64,000 nucleotides of DNA from the human T2T-CHM13v2.0 reference genome, Homo sapiens, in NCBI RefSeq assembly GCF_009914755.1, contig NC_060933.1; one strand, 5' to 3'. Every line of letters starts with the position of its first letter. The stretch's first letter is position 1. Shown piece after piece: positions 55,992 to 64,000 of the stretch. Below the pieces are notes generated by a model that saw nothing but the letters and a program-made list of their open reading frames with translations, ran no database searches and was not told where the DNA came from. The translations under genes were made by a program, and so were the position numbers.

Positions 55992-56745
55992 ATGTAAATT
56001 AGTAAAGCCACTGTGGAGAACAATAGAGGTCCCTCAAAAAACTAAAAATAGAACTACTGTGTGACCCAGCAATTCCACTGCTGGGTATATATTCAAAAAA
56101 TTAAAAGAAAATTAGTATATTGAAAAGGTGTCCACACTCCCATGTTTATCGTAACACGATTCACAATAGCCAAGACAGAGAATTAACTTAAGTGTTCATC
56201 ACATTATAAATGGATAAAGAAAATGGGTATATACGCATACACTGGAATAATATTCAGCCATAAAAAGTGAAGTTTTTTCATTTGCAGCAAGATGGGTGGA
56301 ACTGGAGCACATTGTGTTAAGTGAAATAAGCCAGGCACAAAAAGACATACATTACATATTCTCACTCATATGTGGAAGCTAAAAAAGTTGATTATCATGA
56401 AAGCAGACAATAAAATGTTGGTTGTCAGAGGCTGGGAAAGGTAGGGAGAGGTGGGGATAAAATGGGATTGTTTAATAAGTACAAAAATACAATTAGTAGA
56501 AGTAATGAGTTCCAATGTTCAATAGTACAGTAGAACTACTATAGTTAATAATAACATATTGTGTATTTCAAAATAGACAGAAGAGAAGATTTGGACTTTT
56601 CCCAACACAAATAATACTTTTTTAAGGTGATGAATATCACAATTATTTTGATTTGATCGATTTGATCATTAGACATTATTTGCTTGTATCAAAATCACAC
56701 ATGTACAGCATAACAGGTGCAACTCATGTATCAGTTTTAAAAAGC
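55992..56745 (+). mobile_element. L1MA 3' end
   Basis: GACCCAGCAATTCCACTGCTGGGTATAT…AAGTGAAATAAGCCAGGCAC…ATTTCAAAATAG…AGAAGAGAAGATTTG. Confidence 0.88.
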
Positions 56746-57999
56746 TAAAAAGAGAATAGAATCAATTCCATAAGTTGTAGAAGTTATGGGGTCCCCAAAA
56801 AAAGAGAACAAAAGGAAATGATGATCAAGTCCTACTTAATATTTTAGTATTTGCAAATATAAACTACAAATGAGATTGGAGATTTAACTAAACAATATTT
56901 AGTTAGAATCTGTAATTTTTATTCTGTAGTTAAAATGTGTTATTCACTTAAATTTGTTGCATAGATGGATTACAAGGATTAAGATTGAAAGAAGTGTATT
57001 AGGCAGAAGAAGGAATATTATTAGAAATTTGGAAAGGAAATGTTCGCAATTGCCATTTTGAACTCTTATTCTGAGAATTTAATTTAAAAGTGAACCATGA
57101 TTTAGAAAATCCAGCAATGTGTTGGGCACCTATCTTGGTAATTTCCTCATTTGAAGTAATGCAGAGATGTTTTTGGTTTAATTGGGTTTAAATAAACTGC
57201 AATACGCCGCAAAGGGCATCCACTTTTGTTTAAAGGGGGACTAAAAATAAGTATATTTTTAACTAAAAACAAACTGTTATTTCTAGTAATTTTGGACATA
57301 TTCAACTTTTTAAAATAGTTCCCTGATAGGAGAGTCAATGCTTTATGTTTTCCCTACAAAATATTGTGTGAGACAGTGATTTTCTCTGATACACAATTTG
57401 TTTCTTAGATATATTTATCAATAACTTTTGAAAGTACCCTGAGATTTGTATTCTGTTTACTGCTTTAGAGCACTAACAAAATTGTTTCCTTTGGAGTAAT
57501 TCTGTTTTATTGATGTATTAAAAATGTGGTGCAGGCTAATGTGGAGAATTTGGTCTGCCACTTTAAATCAATAGTGATCTATAGAACTATATGAGGTCAA
57601 GCACTGTTCAGCCTACCCTTGCAACAAATCATAATGTCACATTAAGTACTTACAGAGTGTTATTAACCAAAGAAAACCTCCTGCGGAAAGAAGATGTTTA
57701 TTGAAGGTAGCATACGGAAAGCTCTATAGGAAGATATTCAAAAATATTGCATCAGAACAGAGATCTAATGCAGCGGGAGACAGAAAACTGGAATAATAAA
57801 TAATACCAGGTTTTATTGGTTATCATGATAATGTTTGTATTTTTTAGAAAGACATTTATTTTTAGAGAGAAAAAGGAAAAATATCATCTTCTTACTCAGA
57901 GAAGTTCACGAATCTGAATAAGTAAATGTGTCTTTTGTTCCCTAGTCGACTATCAGAATCACTTCTCTCATTTAGAATTTTTTAAAATAAAGGGAAAAA

Positions 58000-58002
<3 letters not shown>

Positions 58003-58042
<40 letters not shown>
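58003..58042. repeat. (GT)20 microsatellite
   Basis: Pure GT run. Confidence 0.98.
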
Positions 58043-58043
<1 letters not shown>

Positions 58044-58130
58044 TGCATGGAGTCAAAATGAGATTGGACTGATAATTTATCAAAATATTTCTTTGTGTAA
58101 ATGTAATTTACTATGTCTGTTATTTTAATT

Positions 58131-58275
58131 TCACTCCTTCATTCATTGTCATGTATTTCAGCCAACTATGAGCCAGGTTCTGTGCCAAACTGAATACATG
58201 GTGCAGAATAAAACAGATACAGCCTTGGTCTCTGCTCTTATAAAACTTAGTAACAGCTTATACTCTGGTAAGGGG
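58131..58275 (-). mobile_element. L2 3' end
   Basis: TTCATTCATT…ACTATGAGCCAGGTTCTGTGC…GAATAAAACAGA…GGTCTCTGCTCTT. Confidence 0.7.
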
Positions 58276-59158
58276 GAACATCGTAAGGCGATATGCTTGA
58301 ATCTGAGGAAGCAAACACATTCATTTGGGGGGAACACAAAGTTCCAATAAAGTAATGAAACAGTAGATGAATCCTTGGATAAGAAGATACAACAAAAGCA
58401 GTTGTGGAAAGTTACAGAAGCTCATGTGATCTGGTTGTCTTGGTTATACCTCAGAAGTCTGTATCCTCTGCTCTTTTCTCTGGTGATCTATCTCATCTTT
58501 CTCCACTTCTGTCCACTTCTATTTCCATTCATTATCCAGCTTTGCTTCTGATTCTGTTTTTCTTCTGTCTCCGTGTCGTATTCTCAAGTCTATAAAAGAG
58601 AGGCTCAGGATAGTTATGTACCAGCTATATCAATCAGAATTCTTATTTATGAGCAACACTATATACTTCAATTATTTTAATTTTTAAAAACTATTGGGCA
58701 ACTCACAGAATATACAAAAGAGAGCAGATGATCCGGTGTAGGGCAATGAAGACAGAAACAATGTCCAAATTACCTGCAGAGGTCTCGTTTAGCATAGGAT
58801 ATCAGCACTTCAGGAGTCTGCACGATCTGAACACTGGATGATGCTCTTACACAGCTACCTTAGGAAGTGGATATATCTGCTAATCTCCTTAACAGAATGA
58901 ATTATCTGCTGTATATTCTTCATGAAATATCCTAAGCATAAGAAGGGGATTCAAATATGGTTTGGTAGCCAAAGATCTGCTATAATTTTCCAAATGGAAG
59001 TCTCCTATTGTGCATGATTTTGGTGTCTTACAACTTAAAGTTTCCTGAACTCCATGAAATCTATAGAGTGTTTTGTGGTTATTTAGCTCCCATTCCTTTA
59101 TCAAATTACTAGAGGTAATGGTAACAGTCTCAAATGACCCAAATGAACTTACATAGAC

Positions 59159-59362
59159 TGTGTGTGTGTATGTGTGTATGTGTGTGTCTGTGTATATACA
59201 TATATATGTGTGTATATGTATATGTGTGTGTATATATGTATATATATACATATATACACACATATACATATATACATATATATGTATATGTGTGTGTATA
59301 TATACACACATATATACACACACATATACATATACACAGACATACACATATATATATATATA
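59159..59362. repeat. Compound (TG)/(TA)/(CA) quasi-palindromic microsatellite
   Basis: About 200 bp of alternating purine-pyrimidine sequence; source of the overlapping low-complexity ORFs. Confidence 0.95.
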
Positions 59363-61621
59363 TTTATCTGTTGGCTATATCTCAGGGGAAAACATGGCTT
59401 TAAATGGTTAGGGTTTCATGAATTTATCTTAAATAAAATAGGCTTAGTAATTTCTCATCTTACACTTTGATTGTGAATAATAAGCATAATGCTTTTAAAA
59501 ATATATATTCTATCATATTCCAAAAAGTTTTTATAGAAAAATATGAAATATATGTAACACAGTGGTAGAAAGTAATATAAAATTGAAATATACTTTTGAA
59601 AATAATATTAAGTAATATAAAGGTGGAAAACAATTGTTTTGATATCTTGTCTACATGCTATGTGTGACCTCCAATTCTCAAAATTAGATTCTGAGCATTT
59701 CAAAAGACAATCCAAACAAGGAAGTCTAAGAAGTTACATTATCAATGATGTTCATGATTCAAAACAAACAATACAGATTACTCAGTATAAGTATAACAAT
59801 TACCTTTTAAAACTCAAAAGAAATAGTTCAGTGATTGTATTCCTCATAAAAAACTACTATGAAATAAACTGTAGTAGCAACAAAGTTATGAAGCTAATAA
59901 CCGTTTCCTATAAACAATTCTTACAATGTTTCTCACAGTAAGTTGATAGAATGTGCTAAAGCCTAATTTTATTTTTAATAATTCTAAGAGATTTAAAATA
60001 TTATATATATTAGATTATTATAAAAATAAAAACTATACAAAGTAAATATTGATAGATTTTTTTTTTTTACTGGTAGATCTGTGCAGATTAGAGCCTGAGG
60101 AAACGTTGTAGGGAATTCAAGAAAAACTGATGTAGAGGAAATGTTAGACTGCATATTCTCTAGGTCAAAGTCTATTAATATGAATCTTTTCAACTATTTT
60201 GCAAATACTAATCAGATGTGATTTTTGGATTACACTCTGGCAATTATTTGGAGCACACATTTTCTATTTTGCTAAATGCTTTAACAGACAACTAAGCTTG
60301 ATATAGGTTTGCTAGGCTAAGTAACATAAAAACTCTGAAAATGATTTTTACATTAATGCATCATAATATGTAAAACTATTACTATCCTTTACCTTATCTC
60401 AAGATTAAGAGTGAACTCTTCTTATCTCAGTTCTAGCTTATGGAAAAAGATAATAGGCATTATATTTCACAGGTTCATCATGAAGATGTTTCAAAATAGG
60501 TTACTGAAAAGAAGCTAGTTGATTCCAAAGTTAACACCCTGGAGGGAATATAAAGTCAAGAGTGTGAATACCTTAGAGAATAAATAGCAAGTAAGTATCA
60601 AGAGAGCAGGGAGAGTTACCTTTTTTTAAATCTCAGCCTGGAGTTGGAAACTTAGAACCAATGGAGGTGTTGGGGGTGGGGGGTGCAGAGTGGGGAAGAG
60701 TGGATTTGTGTCTTCAAACTAAAAAATTCAAAAATTATAATATAGGTGAGCCAGATGTACACAGATCTACTGAAGACTATTTGGGGGACAAAGCTATATT
60801 ATGAATATATTCACATATTCACATATATTGTGAATTATATGTGGTCAAGAGTGAGGATAGCTAGCTCACTTGTAATTGCTCTCTTTGGTCCTGTAGTATA
60901 GGCCCACCTATAGGAAGGAAACAGGCTCAAAAGAGGGAAGTAATAGTATCTCTGGCCTCCTGCATTAAGCAAAGGAAGTCAGGAAACAGCAGAAGGAGCA
61001 ATTCACCAATATCATCAAATACATTACCAGTAAAAATTTCTAATAATGGGGGTTAATTCTCAAAAACAAACAAACAAAAAAAGAAACAGAAGAAATTGCA
61101 AAATACTTATTAAAAGAATGAGTTAGTTTAGTTGCATGTCAAGCCTAACGATGGTAAAGCCGAGTTCCAATAGTGCTAGCAAAATTAGAATGATTTTGAT
61201 GAGATTAAATTCTTATCACATTCTGATTCTTAATAGGTGTGGAGAAAGAGATATGGTGTCAAAGAAAAAGTCAATAGCGATCTCTAGCATGCTGTAAGAT
61301 GTCTTTCTTCCTGACTACAGATCTCTGAAAACAGATGGGAAAAAACTGTATCTTTGAATTTTAAAAAGAAAATGTATATTGTATTGGTCTGAACACTTTT
61401 AATTTTCTATCTGAGACAGTATTTTAAGACTTAAAATATTATAGGGCTTTTAAACAACCTAACTGTGAACAAAAAAAAAAAAAAATCACTGAAACTACAA
61501 GAACTTTCATCTAGGGTCAGGGAAAGAAGTCTACTAAATAATTGTTACAGGGGCAGCAGTTGAAATCCAAACTATAGTTTTATTTGACCGTGTCCTAAAT
61601 GTTATGCTTGCTTAGAAATCT

Positions 61622-61622
<1 letters not shown>

Positions 61623-61657
<35 letters not shown>

Positions 61658-61762
61658 TGTGTGTGTGAGAGAGAGAGAGAGGAAGGAAGGAAGGAAGGGC
61701 ACGAGAGAGATTGAGAGAGAGAGGGGAAGGAAGGAAGGAAGGAAGGAAATAAGGAAATAAGG
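61623..61762. repeat. Compound (GT)n-(GA)n-(GGAA)n microsatellite
   Basis: GT run, GA run, then (GGAA)4 and (GGAA)6. Confidence 0.95.
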
Positions 61763-62719
61763 ACATTTTCAAAAGAATCTGTAATCAAAACTTTACAGCA
61801 TCAAGGTCAATTAGATGTTGATATCATCTCGCCGTGAAATAATTTTAAAAATCAGCTTCATTCATGTTTAAAACACATTAGCAAATCACTAAAGAAAATA
61901 AATCCTGATGGAGGATGTATATAATGATCTTATCAACATTTAACACTTGCAATACTTATGAATGAGAAAGAAAGGAAGCTATATTAATATCTGTTTACCA
62001 CATAGAGTGTAATAGCAGTTTACTGTCATGAAATCTTGGATATTTGTACTTGTTTCAGAATATCATACATATAACACACAGATGGGTGTACTTACATATT
62101 TTTAAGTGTCTTAAAACAGTTGGTGTCATACCTAAGGTCAGGGCAAGTGTTCAAAAGATTAAATTTAGAATAACTGGAGCATAACTAAAAAGGGAAAACA
62201 CATTTCTCTTTTAATATATGTTTCTACACTGCTCTGTTCCTAGACATCACACCTAAACCCAATATAGCATTCATAAATATCTACCTCAGCCAAACGGAGC
62301 ACAATTTACAAGCAAAATAGATTTTGTTTTCTTCATTCTGTTTCCAAATAACGAATTCTCTTTTATTTCTTCCACTGCTTATAGTTCCAATGGAACAAGC
62401 TATGGAATGAAGCTTGTTATAAAAGTGGACTTCAGGGTGCATTAAAAATGATTGTGTATAGACAATAGAACATTAAAACATGTTTTCTTAGGAACAGATG
62501 CCAGCTGGCAGGGAATAGAGCACTTAATTTAATTTTTTAACCAAGACAGCTTATGTGTACTCCTCAAATACACTATTACATATAGGACAATTTATTGCCA
62601 CCATTGCAATGGAAACAACTCAAAACTGTTTGGGTAGACATATTATTTTGTATTTCTATTTTGTTTATAGTAAAGATAAACTGTTTCATGCAGTTTATAG
62701 TAAAACAGCAATTATTAGT

Positions 62720-64000
62720 AGAATCTGGAGGTTGAAAGCAGGTGAACTATCCTTCTGGATACTGGAGTAGCCATTTCTGTTCTCCTATTCAATCCGGCCT
62801 CCCCTCGTTCCTTAGCATGACCATGAAGGACATCTTAGGAAAGTGTTTTACTCGATATTTTCCCCCTCAGCTGTAAATAGGAAAGCCTCTTGTTTAATTC
62901 ATGCCTTATTAATCATACATAAAAGTCCAAATCCTCTGCTAGACAGGAATTCTCTAGTTCATATGGGTTCCATGGTTCCTGGACAAACCCTCTGCCTTGC
63001 TCTGGTGGAGACTGATGCTGATCTGGAGGTTTAGAACACGAGGCTCGCCTAGCCAACAGCCTGAAATCAGGCCAGGAACTAGCAAACAGCCTTAAATCAG
63101 GTCAGGAAATAAGATGGTTAGTTATATCTTTCCAGGGTCAAGCCTGTAATACCTGAGGCCCGAGACCTGCAACCTGAGGCTCCCATCAGCTACTACAATA
63201 GCAAACCTGTGGAAGACCTAAAATACCTGTTTTTTAAACAGCCAAGAGATAAGTAATTACTTACAGGCTTCCTTTGGTAACTTTATTACATAGTTACTGT
63301 AGACTATAGTAACCATTTTATATTGTACAGTTTCATTGCTTCCTTCCAAGCAACTGAACTCACTTCTTTTGTAATAATTAAGTAAATGTTTTAATTTGTT
63401 TCTATAACAAACAGTTTTAATAGCATAGGTATCCACCCCCTGAGTTTCCCATTCTATAAAACAAAATAACAGATATTTTTGGGTCCCATGTGGTTAACCA
63501 TGGTCTGTGTATACTGGGGCTATGCATACTGGGAATCAGTTTAATTTTACAGCAGAGTTTATCTTGTGGAGAGCTTGGATGACTTTTCCCATAGTATCAT
63601 TACCATACAAAATTAAATAGACTCCTTGGCAGTGGTCACTTTACAAAAGAGAAGAAATCTAGATCTTCTAACAGCTGAAAAGGGCAGCGTATGTCTTTTT
63701 CTAGAGGAAAAATGCAGTTTTATGTCAATCAGTCAGGAATATTGAGGGATATTGCCCAAAAACTAGCCGATTGAGCCTCTAGGAGATGACTACAGCTTTC
63801 TGAGTCATGGAACTTTTGGTAAAAAAAAAAAATGTGGAGTTGGGGTTCATGGCTCCTTCCCCTAGCCAGCCCCCTATTAATAATTACACTTTACCTGGTT
63901 TTTGGACCATGTGTGTTACATCTTTTAGCCAAATTTGTTTCTTCTTGCATAGAGGCCATCAAACTCCAGATCATGATGCAGATGGAACCCTGTGTGAAAG
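62720..64000 (+). mobile_element. Class I ERV (HERV9/HERV-W-related) internal remnant: pro, end of pol, env TM
   Basis: Hand translation: LLDTGVAISVL from 62752; HALLIIHKSPNPLLDR; integrase tail PVEDLKYLF near 63205-63235; env [33 protein letters not shown]…YVNQSG…FGPC…IEAIKLQIMMQMEP. Confidence 0.88.
63569..63990 (+). pseudogene. ERV env transmembrane subunit relic with immunosuppressive domain (stops and frameshifts)
   Basis: [15 protein letters not shown] at ~63641-63685; in-frame stops and a frameshift at the CX6CC motif. Confidence 0.85.

Noticed and set aside
58889-59470. Cluster of overlapping ORFs rich in Y/I/C/V/H/T
   Set aside because: These are translations of the TG/TA/CA microsatellite, which lacks stop codons; not coding.
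60664-60702. G-quadruplex candidate
   Set aside because: Only three separable G-tracts of 3 or more; does not meet the canonical pattern.

Overview
AT-rich primate (probably hominoid) nuclear DNA, either intergenic or deep intronic. It is dominated by transposon relics: old and young L1, Alu, L2, MIR, MaLR/ERVL LTRs, a MER67-like LTR, Tigger1, and a heavily deleted ERV1 internal region at the right end. It also has many (GT)n and compound microsatellites. I see no intact cellular protein-coding gene or RNA gene; the ORF-track entries are repeat-derived or spurious. Repeat family names come from my recall of consensus sequences, not from a search. The most unusual structures are: (1) a near-perfect ~350-bp inverted duplication (48110-48467 / 49338-49686) around an 870-bp spacer; (2) a probable ~1.65-kb orphan retrocopy of a non-coding polyadenylated RNA (16443-18103, minus strand); (3) an ~80-bp copy of nearby unique DNA inside an LTR; (4) an L1PA2-like element inserted in an Alu's target-site duplication (TSD); and (5) an ERV1 remnant reduced to protease, integrase tail and env TM. 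I found no convincing evidence of a new functional biological system.
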